Shown here: piece by piece, positions 12,073 through 24,030 of the stretch
How positions within the stretch are numbered: position 1 is the stretch's first letter
Layout: each line of letters opens with the position of its first letter
Assembly (NCBI RefSeq): GCF_009834535.1
Contig: NC_045697.1
Span: 40,240,001 to 40,304,000, forward strand
Origin: Camelus ferus
Lineage: Eukaryota
Direction: 5' to 3'
DNA: 64,000 bases
Notes under the pieces: model-generated
The model's database searches: none
What the model was told of the DNA's origin: nothing
The model's input: only the letters and a program-made list of their open reading frames with translations
Program-made: the position numbers and the translations under genes

Positions 12073-12162
12073 CTTGGTCTGCGGCAGCTGAGAAGAGTCC
12101 AGTCCCAGGCGATGCTGATGCTGCACTGGATGCCGCTCTCCCCGCCTCCTCTCCTTGCTGCT
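12073..12162 (-). other. SPP1: SPP1 exon 1 (non-coding 5'UTR)
   Basis: Ends ...GACCAAG|GTAAG (donor 12072-12068). TSS estimated at the AGCAGC element about 22-27 nt downstream of TTTAAA, as in other mammalian SPP1 genes. Confidence 0.9.
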
Positions 12163-12183
12163 GACAACCAGGACCTCCCAGAA

Positions 12184-12301
12184 TTTAAAGGCTGCTCGAG
12201 ACACTCTGAACCAACTCAGGGGGCGGAGAGATGTGTCATGAGGTTTTTTTGCCAACGCCCAACCCACTTGCTCCCACACTTCCCCCTCTGGTTTTGTGGT
12301 T
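12184..12301 (-). promoter_or_regulatory. SPP1 proximal promoter
   Basis: TATA-like TTTAAA 12184-12189; GC box GGGGGCGG ~12219-12226; AP-1-like TGACACA 12232-12238; ETS core GGAAGT 12278-12283; RUNX/OSE2 AACCACA 12295-12301. Same order as in described osteopontin promoters. Confidence 0.9.
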
Positions 12302-12316
12302 ACAAAACAAACACAT

Positions 12317-12317
<1 letters not shown>

Positions 12318-12369
<52 letters not shown>
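12318..12369. repeat. (CA)26 microsatellite
   Basis: Perfect dinucleotide run, 52 nt. Confidence 0.99.
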
Positions 12370-12376
<7 letters not shown>

Positions 12377-12999
12377 CTGCAGTTAAAACATTACTTATGC
12401 ACAGTATCATTAACTAGCTTTTTCGTTTATAGGATTGGCACTCAGCATCCTGGAAAGGCATCTAGGGGTCCCCCAGAAAAGGGAGAGATAACTAGTTCTT
12501 ACAAAAACTTTATAATTGCTGAATTAGAAGGAAAAATATTATATAAACCAGTCCTAAATAAAAATAAATAGAATGGATTTTTGTTTCTCTTGGTTCAAAC
12601 AACAGATTAAGGTAATATATGCAACCAAATTTGCTTCACAATTACACTTATTTAAGAGCTACCTGGCTATTGTTCAAGCACAAAAGGAGTTCAGACAGTC
12701 TCTCTCCATTTTTACTAAAGCTCCAGTTTGTGATTTCAAGTATGCAGCTGCTTGTCATTTACACAAGTGGCATCAGTAACATTAGAATCCACTTTCATAC
12801 TCATTAAGTTGAATTTACAATGACCTTTCAAGGACATGGGCTTTTGTCACACTGTTTGAATTGTTTGGAGGTGATGAATCTGATAATTTGCTCAATAAAA
12901 TAGAAGAAAGGTAATTTATTCTCAATGTGTCAGAAGGAGAGCCGTTTCTGACTGAGAGCAGAGTTACTGCTTGAAATTGCTGCTTCAGGAGCTGGGAGC

Positions 13000-13170
13000 A
13001 TGGCTTTGAATTCTCTCTGCCACTAATTAGCTGTGTGACCTTGGGCAAATCACTTAGCCTCTCTGTAGCTATTTCTTCATCTGTCAAATGCACATACTGT
13101 TACCCAGTTCATGGGGTTTTTGTGAGGCTTAAGTGAATTAGCACATGTAAAACTAACAATCCTTGGCATA
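13000..13170 (+). mobile_element. MIR about 0.9 kb upstream of SPP1 TSS
   Basis: CTCTGCCACTAATTAGCTGTGTGACCTTGGGCAAATCACTTAGCCTCTCTG...TTCATCTGTCAAATG core. Confidence 0.85.
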
Positions 13171-15835
13171 TATGCAAATACCCTGTATATTTTAACCATT
13201 GTATATGTGTTAAATTTTATTAAAATTTTTAGGAGGAGCAGGTAGTCATGATGTATAATATCTTTAAATGGAATAGTTTATTAGAATGAAACCTGATGTA
13301 AGATTTTTAAACTGTGTACATCAGCAGGATAACTTGCATACCTCTGAAAGAATGGATTAGATTTCTGAATTGTCTCTTTCTAGTTTTTCGCCCACGATAT
13401 ATAAAGTTGGCTGCTTAATAAGAAAATTAAAAAGAAAACTCTATATTAAAAAAAACTTTACTGAGTATTTAAAAGGCATTCGAATGAAAGAAAATTACAG
13501 ATGAAGGTTGAAATAGTGGAGCAGAGATTAGGGGTAACAGAGCTCTGAGCCCATTTTAAATGTTCAATATTGTTTTGAGATTACTCAACCTCTTCTGCCT
13601 TTCTCCGCTGCATAATGGAAATTTCACCATTCATCTCACACCTCCATTGCAAGAATCATGTATAAAGTGAGATTAAAGATAAATGTCCCTATTTATTATT
13701 AGTTCTATCTAAAGTGTCATCTCCTACTCACCAAATATTGCTTTTAATATAAATATGGGTTAAATAATTTTTTTGCAGTGTTAAGAAAAATAACCCATAA
13801 GTTTGTGGACATTTGGTGTGGGGAAATATGTTTCTTTTAAATTGAATTTTAAAATTCATTTGAAATCCAATTTCAAATGAACTGATATGGTTGATTTGTC
13901 GGTTCCAAGCACACATGAAAAAAATTCAGATGGCAACTATCTCTATAAAATAGAAAGCACACAGGTTCTAAAATTACAAAAACAGATTTTTTATTTCTGC
14001 TCTTAAAAATTGTTTTTTCCCTTTAAACACGTCACCCACATACGTTTTGTCATATTGTCAATGCAGTGCAGTTCACAAATTCTAAAACAAAACAAAAACA
14101 GAAACACACAAACCCCCAAGATTTCCACAGGATTCACTATGGTTTACTCTGTGCCCACGGGGATAATTGAATGTGAGCTGAGAAAGTCATAGGAAGGGCT
14201 TCCGCAGGAGCCCGGCCGCGGTGCGGTTAGGCCCACGCCGCACGGGGCTCTTCCGGTCATAGCTCCGAACGGCCACACGATGGCAGCGCTCCCGAGAAGG
14301 GCTGCGGCCCACGGCCTGGCTCCGGCAGAGCTCTCATTCCCTCAGGGTGGAACGTGCACGCGTTGAACGACCGAACCATAAAACAACCTGGGGCCCTCCA
14401 TTTCTTGGAATGTCAGGTGAGGAGGTATTTCCCAACAGTGACCCGCTACACATTAACAGGGAACACGAGGCCGAGACGCAAAGCATTCTTTTCTGCTCTG
14501 TTGTCTTCAGCAATGCCAGGTGGACGCTGTGGGCTCCTTCCCGCCACCGCTTCCCACACTCGCTCGAAAGGTTACGGACCCCGGGGCTCGCTCAGAGTAA
14601 GGGCGTGTGAACTCATGGGTAAAGAATGTGTCTGGGATGCCTCAGACATGTAAAGATAAAGTGATTTGTAATAGAGGCAGCTCTGTAAGGTATGAAGTGG
14701 AGAGTGCGTCATTCCGGCTTTTCAAGAGGCTCATGCGTCTCATTTTTTGTAATCGAACGTGTTGTGAACGCTAATTTTTTCTGAGTAAGATTTTCCGGTT
14801 CTCAAAATTAAGGTGTTAAAATGATTTAAATCAGAGAGGCTTCCTCTGTAGCATTTCCACACTATTTTCCATTCTTGATTAGGCTAATGCTTGGTGGTTA
14901 AAATCAAAAGGTCAGAATGCTCAAATTCCTTGTAAATCAAGTATGTGGAAAGGAAAAAGGTTAGTTGTGAAAGGAGTGGGTTGTGACCTTAGCATAGACG
15001 CTCTGAGAGGATATATGGAAACATTAAGAACATTGGACTTTTTTCTTGAATCACATGAAAACTCTCATATATATAGGAAAATCCTCGTATAATATAGGAA
15101 AACTTAAGTGTCCAGCTGTTTTGGTGGACTTTATTATACCGACTTCTAGTTTATGTGGATATTTATAATTATATTTTAGGTAGTAAATTATTATCAACTA
15201 TTTCAACTCTTTCAGCTCTGTGAATACTTCTTCCCTTGAGTCAGATAAAAAGCTGACATTTTGGTACCATCATCTGTCTGTCATAGAGAAGTTGGGAATT
15301 ATGCCTAAAGAGAAGCCTACCACTCATCATTTCATCATTTGTAGAAGAAGGGAATTATTTTCTTAGAGGGAAGGAAACAAGGGCTGAAGATGAGGGTTTT
15401 TTTTTTTTTTTAAAGTTCAGACATGAAATTAGAACATTTCAGAAATACAAAAGAGAAACACCATAAAACTTTTAATCTTTTATCTCATAGCTCAGTAAAT
15501 TAGTCAACAAAATTCACTCCTGGAAAAAATTGGTCTATCAGTAAATATTAGTTTCCCTTAAAACAAAAGTGTTTCATTTTAGACCCATAGAATTGTTATA
15601 GAGTAAATAAATATTCCATAAATTGTTAATGATCAACCACTCAACTTTCCATACATAAAAACTAATTCTGAGCATATAGTTCTTGCTTGTCAATATAATG
15701 CATGGACACATAGAGTCCATATATCATATCACAGCGAGTATTTGCCAGTTCTTGAGAATTTAGCAGTATTTCTTTGTTAAAGTATCATCACTAACTTTGA
15801 GGGCATTCTAACACTCTTTAAATGATAGATTCTTT

Positions 15836-15982
15836 TTTTAAAAAAAAAATACTTATATATTCTGTGGGGGGGGTACTTATATTTATTTATTTGTGTATTT
15901 TAACGAAGGTACCAGGGATTGAACCCAGGACCTTGTGCATGCTAAGCACATGCTCTACCACTGAGCTATACCCTCCCGACCA
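15836..15982 (-). mobile_element. tRNA-derived SINE (camelid Vic-1-like)
   Basis: Head GGGAGGGTATAGCTCAGTGGTAGAGC with B box GGTTCAATCCC; perfect 16-bp TSD AAATGATAGATTCTTT at 15820-15835 and 15983-15998. Confidence 0.9.
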
Positions 15983-16525
15983 AAATGATAGATTCTTTAA
16001 ATGGCCTTAAATTATTTTTTTTTTCTTAAAATGACACCATTTTTACCCTCCTGGAGCCCATTTATTCATGAAAAAAAACTAAGAAATTTGGAACTTGTGT
16101 GGCCAATGAGGTAAAGGAGGTGTGATTAAACAGTAAACTCAGTGGGGCTGTGGACAGAGAAGGCATAGAATGGAGACCCTGTGTCTACACTGGAATTGAA
16201 TATTGGGTATTCAGTATTGGGTGTTTTGAATATTAGGTATTCTGGGGTTGGGCTCAAATAGGAACACCAGTCCCAGCAGCATGAAACTCTAGATCATCAC
16301 CAACATAGGCAACAATACAGGAGCCTGCAGTCAGAGGGGCCCCGGATGGAAAGCTGCAGAGATGTACGAATAGAAAGTCTAGCAGCTGCATGCCCTCGTA
16401 AGGTGTTGTCACTGGTTACCGCACTAAGCAGCCAGTAATGGGCATTTTGCAGAATGTATTTGAGGAGAGAAAATCATTCTTTGAAATCGGTTTATGAGAA
16501 TTCTTATTTAAAACCTGATGTTTGA

Positions 16526-16692
16526 TGGGGGGAGGGTATAGCTCAGTGTTGAGTGCGTGCTTAGCGTGCATGAGATCCTGGGTTCAATCCCCAGTACTAT
16601 CATTAAAAAATAGTGAATGAATGAATGAATGCATAAATAAACCTAATTACCTCCCTCCCCTCAAAAAAAAAGAATTAAAAATAAACTTTAAA
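16526..16692 (+). mobile_element. tRNA-derived SINE (camelid Vic-1-like)
   Basis: GGGGAGGGTATAGCTCAGTG...GGGTTCAATCCCCAGTAC...AAACCTAATTACCTCCC, A-rich tail; TSD AAAA(C/T)CTGATGTTTGA at 16510-16525 and 16693-16708. Confidence 0.9.
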
Positions 16693-17274
16693 AAAATCTG
16701 ATGTTTGAGTCATTTTAGGTAGAGAATCCATATAAGGTTGATATGAAATGTGACCATTTCAGTGCAAAGCAGAAGAAAATCAAAAGAAAGTGGACAAAAA
16801 CTGAACAACAGTAACCTCTACATCACATATTTTTCTGGCCACAGTTGGCTAAGAGTTTTTGTCTGTTTTGCCGATTCCAATCAAGGAATACCTCACGTGA
16901 ATGTCCCTATTCCACTGCATAACATTTATGTTTTAAAAAAACCCATGATTTAAAATAATCAGTAATTAAAGTTTGCATTCTTAAATGTTTGAATTCCTCA
17001 GTAGATGTCTGTTCTAATATATGCTTATCCTGTAGCAGTTTGTATGCCAGCAAATATTTACTCAGTGAATGAAAGAATTGAACTCTGTAATAAGATGTCT
17101 AGGATTCTTATGTAAGTTGAGTCATTCCCAATGATTATCTTCTGTGGCTTTCAGAAAGCTCCCAGTAGAACTCCTCTAGGTCCTGTTAGACGTTGCTATC
17201 GCAGAGGGGGTTACACCTGAGAACTTTAGGCATGAGTCCTGTGATCAAAAAGGGCCGGCTGGGTGAACATTGAT

Positions 17275-17775
17275 TTTTACAGGACACGAGGTCCTCTGAG
17301 ACCTGGCATCCTTCTGTCTCTCTAGCCTTATCTTCCACCAACTTCCCTCCCTATATACCTCTTGGAGCAAGCACGCAGAGCCACACGGTGCTCCCCAGTG
17401 TGCCACAGACTCTCAAATCCTCATGCCTTCCATACATCACATGGCCCCCATGTCTAGAGCATCCATCCAGTCCCGTCCACACCTGCCTGTGAAGTATTTT
17501 CACATCTTTCCAGACTTAGTTCCTATCAAGCTTCAAGGCTTCTGCTAAAAAGCCTTTTTTGACCAAAATCGAAATGACCACTCTCACTTTGTACCCTGAG
17601 AGCACCCTGTGCATGATCTCGCACAGCCTCTGTGGTAGTTTGTTGCCTTACCCTGCTTGTTTCCTTCCACTAACGAGTCAGCTCCCTCCAGCAGGGCCTG
17701 GGTCTCATGCATGTTTGCATCCGCCATCTCCTACGAGGGTGCAGTAAGTGTGTGGGCAGCAAGTGAGTGAAGGAG
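17275..17775 (+). mobile_element. L2 3' fragment
   Basis: Pyrimidine-rich L2 3'-end pattern ending CAGTAAGTGTGTGG...AGTGAGTGAA. Confidence 0.55.
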
Positions 17776-19725
17776 CATGGTTTTTATAATGCTTAATCCT
17801 ATGCGGGCTGCGTGGAACACTTGGTTTAGTATTAGCTCCAGGGAGCTCGAGCAACTGCTGGGTTCTCTGAACAATTTATATACATGCTTTTATAATGCCG
17901 TTGTAGAATTTGAAGAGCTAGGACCTTCTTTTCTTCTCTATGGGGTTCCAGCAAGCCCTTTAACTTGTCTGGGTCTCAGGTTTCTTGATAAAGTTAATCT
18001 AAGATGATTTTTAATGTCAGTTTCAGCTATGAAAATCTGCAATTTTATGGGTTTTTAAAAAATCCATGAGTAATAAAACATTGACATTATGACAGAAAGA
18101 GCAAACAGGTTTTAGAAATACAGATAGCATCAAGATTGTAAGAGAAGTTCAGATTAAAAACCAGAAAGGGAAGGCTTGAACACAAAGAGTCTCTAGTGTG
18201 AAAAGCTGTGGAGTCTTTAAGATGGTTTTGAGTAAACTACCTTGTATTTTTGCTATATTTTAAGTTATGGATAAAAAATAATGTACATTATTACAGTAAT
18301 ATTAATAAAAATAAAACTTTATTTAAAAGGAGGGAAATCACTCCCAATGTATGGCTCTAATAAGTCAACCTTTGATGTTCTGAGAATTTTATATTCTTAC
18401 CTTCCCTGAAATGGATTTTCTAGAGACATTTCTCAGTATGGGTCACATGCATTCTTTCAGATTCTGTTACACCAAGAATAGGAGATCAAGGACAAAGTAA
18501 CTGAAGAGGTTGGCTTGTTTCTTTCCTGGAAAAAGCTGCCTGTGGTTTTAGGAGGCAGTTTCATTGCCAGACAGATCAGGAACATCAGGCTTCTCCATAA
18601 TCTGGAGATGTTTTTAGATTTTCCTTTCCCACAGTCACATCCTCTTTATTTCCAAGCATCTGTGGATGTGACTGGGCTAGACAACCTATTAAGTTCACTT
18701 TGTACATGATGGCACATTATTCAAGAATCAAAGTTTGTGAACAGATTGTCTCCTCTCTTCACCTATTTCATGCTTAACAAATTTCTACTGCTTGTTTTTT
18801 CCTGAAGAAATACTTCCTTGTAATTTACCTTTCCTATGGTAACAAAGTAAGCCCAGGACTTCTGCCTTTGCTTATTAAAAGGAAAGCTATTCAAAATAAC
18901 AATAATGGGAATTATGTATGTTTTCATGGAATATCTATAATGTACTAGATTTAAAAGTATATATTATGTCTAATATGCTTAACAACTGTATGAATTCAGT
19001 ATTATGGTCTTAATTTTTCAGTTAATTATAATAGAAGCCATCTACTGTGCAGTCACTTCTGTATGCATGATTATATTTACTCTTTACAAAGACCTTTGCG
19101 TATATGTATTCTGGGCCAGTAGAAGCCCAGAGGAGGGAGTGTCGAGTTTTGCCATTTGGGGTAGGAAGGGCCTCCAAGAGGATGCTGGGATACAATACAG
19201 AGGAGGAATTGATGTTTAGCAACTAACTTCTAACATATGAATCAAAATTATAAGCATCCAACTTTGACCAAACTTTGTTGGAAAAAACCAATAAGCATAC
19301 AACAAAAGCTATAAATTACAATGATACTGTTGAGAAATCTGGGAAAGAGAGTGAATAATCTTGTCTCTAATTGATTCAAATCTAACAAAAATGCAAAACT
19401 TTTTTTGTCCATAATGTGGCAAAGCTAATATCATGGTATGGTCATGACCCATACAGTGTGAGAGAATGTTAATACGTCTCTGCTAATCTCACACTGTTAT
19501 GAGTCACCAGTTCAAAATACATGATTGCTGATTGTGAGTGAACATCATTAGCTTCATACTTAATACATATAATGACCTTGAATATTAGTTATCTTGATTA
19601 GCTAAATTTTGAGGAAATTGCTCATCATATTTTAATAGATACCAAAAATCTGGACAAAGGCATATTTCATGGTTAGCCTTATGTCTTACTGTGTTTGAAT
19701 TCCTTGTAGTATCTACCATAATCAT

Positions 19726-20130
19726 TGTGGCAGGTGCTGTTTGCTGTATAGCAAAGATTCATCTTCAAGAGTGGTTGCTGGGAAGCAGCTGCCCAGCTGA
19801 AACTACATTTCCCAGCCTTCCTTGCAGCGGGGTTTGGCCACGTGACTAGTTCTTGTCAATGGAATATAAACTAAAGTGAAGTGTTTCATGTCCAGGCTGA
19901 AGTGCTTGAAAAACAATTGTGTCTCCTCCTTCTTCTTCACCATTTGGCTGAATGGAGAGGACTCTGAAGTATTTTCAGAGGGCAGAAATTGGAAGAGGAG
20001 ATAGCTTGAATTCTTGCTGACCAAGAACCCTGTTTTGGGATATTGTATGAACCAGAAACACGCTTCTCTTGCCTAACATCCCTTTTACCTGTTATAGTAG
20101 CAGATACCTTAATTACTGCAAACCTGTACA
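19726..20130 (+). mobile_element. MLT1J-like solo LTR
   Basis: ACTACATTTCCCAGCCTTCCTTGCAG...GGCCACGTGACTAGTTCTTGTCAATGGAAT. Confidence 0.8.
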
Positions 20131-22477
20131 CATTATAATGCTCAATCTATAGTTTTTGAATGTTAGCATCTGTGTGCCAGATCACTAGACATATGAGACT
20201 GGATTTAAATGATAGTGCTATAACTTTATTCTGTATTATAATTTCTAAACTATAATTTCTATCTATATAATTTTCTATTCATTTTTGCTTCCCCATTTCT
20301 AAAGCACTGAATTAGTCCTTGTGAAATTACTGATATATTAAAATTGGAGTTGATTATTTTATACAATAAGTACATCACTCAATTCTAAAAGGAGACGATA
20401 TGCAGTGTTAGTGGACATTTTAAATAATTAGGATAGCATGTTTCTCTTGATCTTCTGTTTTTGTGTTTTCCACTTTTACCAGAATAATTAGTTTTGGTAC
20501 AGGTTTTAGTGGCCAGTGTTGGAAATCAGGGAACCTGAGTTCTTTCTTTTCTTTTCTTTTTTTTTTTCCAGTTTTTTTCCTGAGTTCTTTTTTGATTATA
20601 CTGCAAGCTCCATTAAATATTGTTGTTAGTTTGCCTATGAGAAGAGAGAGGCTACAATTATCTCCCAATAAATATTGAACTGATCCTGCAATTTCTGACT
20701 GTTTACACAGCATCATTTGCTTTTACTTCTTAATTAGACCATTGCTCTTTTGGGTACTTTTTTTTTTTTTTGGCCAGGTCATGAAGGCCAAAAAGGCCAT
20801 CAAAGGGGTGGATGGACAGGTAGCAGTGATGTTAAAATCAATTTACCTGGTTATATTTGTGACCTTGAAGTCATGTTGTCTAAAAGTTTTGGATGACTTC
20901 TAGTCCCTGCTAGGAGTGTGTTTACAGATTAATTTTAGTCTCAGATGCCTTTTACCAGCTCAAATATTGTAGAAGTGGTAAATTCTAGGAAACTTGAAGA
21001 GTTTTAAAACGTTTCACCCTAGTTCCCAATATGGAGATGACCATAATTAGAGGAAACTGTAGGTTAAGTTAGAAACTGTTTATGGTTGGGAGCTGGAGTT
21101 TTGACGCTTTCCTGTATATTTCACTGATATTCCCCAGACCGTAGTGGTCTTTTGGTCTGTGGAGCATAGCTTGGCTGGAGGGTTAGCCAGGGTTCTCACT
21201 GAAGCAGTGAAAGAGGTTGTGGATGGGATATCAGCAGAGCTGGTACACCCACTTGTCTAGGTTGGGAGGAAGTGGAGGCTGGGGTCAGGAAAGTGGCCTT
21301 TCTCGCTTTTAGATGGTGCCAAAGTGTCTCAGGCTGGGGTTTCACTTTATTTTTGTTTATGTGGACTTGGTTTGGACACAAGTAAAATTGTGGTGTCCTA
21401 ACCTCTAGTAAGATTTCAAGCATCTTGCTTCATCAAGCTTGGTCACTGAAGAATCCAGTTTGTGTTTTAGAGATGATGGCATTCTGAATTTAGAAAGATA
21501 AAAGTGACACACTTTCATTTAACTCTCATAATCTTTGACTGTGGATGTAAAGTAATGAAAAACATTTTACTCCTTTTTAAGAAAAAGAATAAAAATTCTA
21601 TACACAGGAAGTCTGTTTTCCTAAAGCATATTTTACTTTCATAGCATTTTTGTAAAATCAGGCAACTGGTTTATTTCTTGTGGTCCCACCATTTATCCTG
21701 AGTGTTCACCACAAGACCAGGAGAACTAGGACCAGGAAATAAAATCGGTTAAATTTTATCCCCCTGTACCAGGTATGTGCGGACATAAGGCTTTAAGTGT
21801 GTAGCTTTTTCTCTCTCATGAAGGTTTGGAGCATTTTTAAACAAAAATCCATGAAACATAAAAATACACAATAAATAGGTAAGAGAGTTGGGGAAAGAAT
21901 GCTACAAAATCAATAAAACTTGTAAGTGTTTGGGTAAATTTAGCACAAAAATAGAAAATATCTAGTTAGACATTTGGGGTTTATAAATATTAATTCTAGC
22001 TGTTTTGAAACAACAATTTAGTATCAAGTGCTTAAAAGACTACTTTCAGTAAATATAATACAAAAATATGGGTCATATTTATCTGTTCAGCTAATCAAAA
22101 AGTATCTTTGACAACCCAACATTGTAAATTGAATATACCTCGGAAGAAAAAAAAAATCAGGCCAAAAAAAGAGAGTATCTTTGAAAAAAAAACAAACAAA
22201 CAGGTAGTAGAAATCCAAAAAGATAAAGAGGAGACCCCTGTTAATGATAACATTTCTTAATCTAGTACCATTGTTCTAGTTCTAATTTCCCAAGCAGCTG
22301 GAAGATAGACAGTAAGAGGGCAGGGTATTGAGAAAAGGAGGAGTAGCTTTTAACTTGTGGCTCTGTTTTAGCTCTGAGACAACTTAGGTTCTAGATGGGC
22401 AGAAAATCACTAAGAATGGTGATGAGAGCAGCAATGTTGGTTCAAATAAAAAATATATTTTCTGTGACATATATATA

Positions 22478-22983
22478 CATATTGGAATACTGCTTAGCCA
22501 TAAAAAAGAATGAAATAATGCCATGTGCAGAGTGGATGGACCTAGAGATTATCATACTAAGTGAAGTAAGTCAGGCAGAGAATGACAAATGTTACATGAT
22601 ATTACTTATATATGGAATCTAAAACAATGATGCAAATGAACTTACATATAAAACAGAAGTAGACTCACAGACATAGAAAACAAACTGTGGCTACCAAAGG
22701 AGAAAAGGGGGAGGAGGGATGAATTAGGAGTTTGGGATTAACAGATACAAACTACTATATATAAAATAGATATACAGCAAGGACCTACTGTATAGCACAG
22801 GGAACTATATTCAGTATCTTTTAATAACCTATAATGGAAAAAGATCAGAAAAGATTGATCAATCGATCGATCGATCTATCTATCTATAACTGAATCACTT
22901 TGCTGTATACCTGAAACTAAAACAACATTGTAAATCAACTATACTTCAGTAAAAAGTAAAAATAAATAAATAAATTTAAAAAG
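22478..22983 (+). mobile_element. 5'-truncated L1 3' end (cetartiodactyl type)
   Basis: GCCATAAAAAAGAATGAAATAATGCC...GGACCTACTGTATAGCACAGGGAACTATAT...AAATCAACTATACTTCA then A-rich tail. Confidence 0.9.
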
Positions 22984-23135
22984 ATATCTTCAATGACAGT
23001 CAAATTAGTGTATTCAGAAAGGAGCGTGGGAATTGGCATGAGCTAGGGGATGTCTTCCTGGCATCTGAGTCTTTTAATCAGGTGCCAAACTGAAAGAGTT
23101 GAGCTGTCTTTGTCCTTTGGTCTACCTTTCTAGAT

Positions 23136-23329
23136 CAGGGGTCAGCAAGTGCTTGGGCCAAATCCACTACAGCTTTTTTTTGTAAATGAAGCTTTATTGC
23201 GACTGCACCCATTTATTTATGGAGTGTTTATGGCTGCTTTCATGCTATGACATAGAGTTGAGTAGTTGGAACAGAGACCATCTGGTCTGCAAAGCCTTTC
23301 AGCCTTTTACAGAAAAAGGCTGACCCTTG
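23136..23329 (+). mobile_element. MER58-like hAT MITE
   Basis: TIRs CAGGGGTCAGC / GCTGACCCTTG; 8-bp TSD TTCTAGAT (23128-23135) and TTCCAGAT (23330-23337). Confidence 0.85.
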
Positions 23330-24030
23330 TTCCAGATGAAAGATGTTTCTTTTTTTTAATTTGTTCTTTAACGCAAGCATATGTCAGCCCCTTGCCCTAG
23401 TTCCAACACTGTCATTTCTAGCTACCACAAGGCATTTTTGAGGTGTGATGGACAGTCCATGTGCAATGTCAGATGCATGGACCTGGCTTTGAACCATGCA
23501 ATACAATGCTTTCTATTTTGTTTTCACTCGTCCTAATAATGCCCTGCCTTATAGTCAGCACAGGACACTGAATCAATGATATTAAGGATAAGTATTTTAG
23601 GATCTTCGGAACTCCTTCTGGTTATAAGAATAGCTCATTAGACACAATCTTGTAACTGCACTTGGAATTTCTGTCGTATGTAAATAACCCTTCTTACATG
23701 GGTTCGTCTCACACTTGTCACTTTTTCTGCCTCTTCCATATAGTCCCTTGTGAGATAATTATATAATTATCCCTGTTGTTCTCACCTTCCAGTAACTCAA
23801 AATCTTAGTGTCTTTTGTAAATCTAGGAATTTTAGTATGAATAATGATGTTAATACTTTTATTTATTGTCTTTTAAACATTTAACATGCTTTCAGATTGA
23901 TGATATGAGTTGATGCTTGTAACACTGTTTGACTCTGGGAAGTGGATCTGATTGGCTAGAGTAAAGGATGGGAAGGAAAGTTAAATTTTAACAGAAACAA
24001 CTTTTATAGTTTTTAAATTTTGTATCATGT

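Larger units (their letters stand above)
5210..12162 (-). other. SPP1: SPP1 (osteopontin) gene, 7 exons, 305-aa precursor; ends approximate
   Basis: Spliced CDS 10965-10912, 10800-10762, 8550-8470, 8179-8138, 7119-6808, 6111-5722 (54+39+81+42+312+390 nt). All coding introns are GT-AG and phase 0, the SIBLING architecture. Protein has signal peptide, SSEE motifs, poly-Asp, RGD and ends in [17 protein letters not shown]. Confidence 0.99.

Noticed and set aside
11989..12571. ORFs of 91-130 aa over the promoter (CVCVCV / THTHTH)
   Set aside because: Artefacts of the stop-free (CA)n tract and GC-rich exon 1.
14254..14268. GGTCATA half-site as the pig-type DR3 vitamin D element (GGGTCAtatGGTTCA)
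   Set aside because: The second half-site is absent, and I found no canonical DR3 by eye within ~3 kb upstream. Orthology cannot be established without alignment.
15905..15980. tRNA-like sequences here and at ~16530, ~37630 and ~48290
   Set aside because: These are SINE heads; three of the four have A-rich tails and TSDs. Not tRNA genes.
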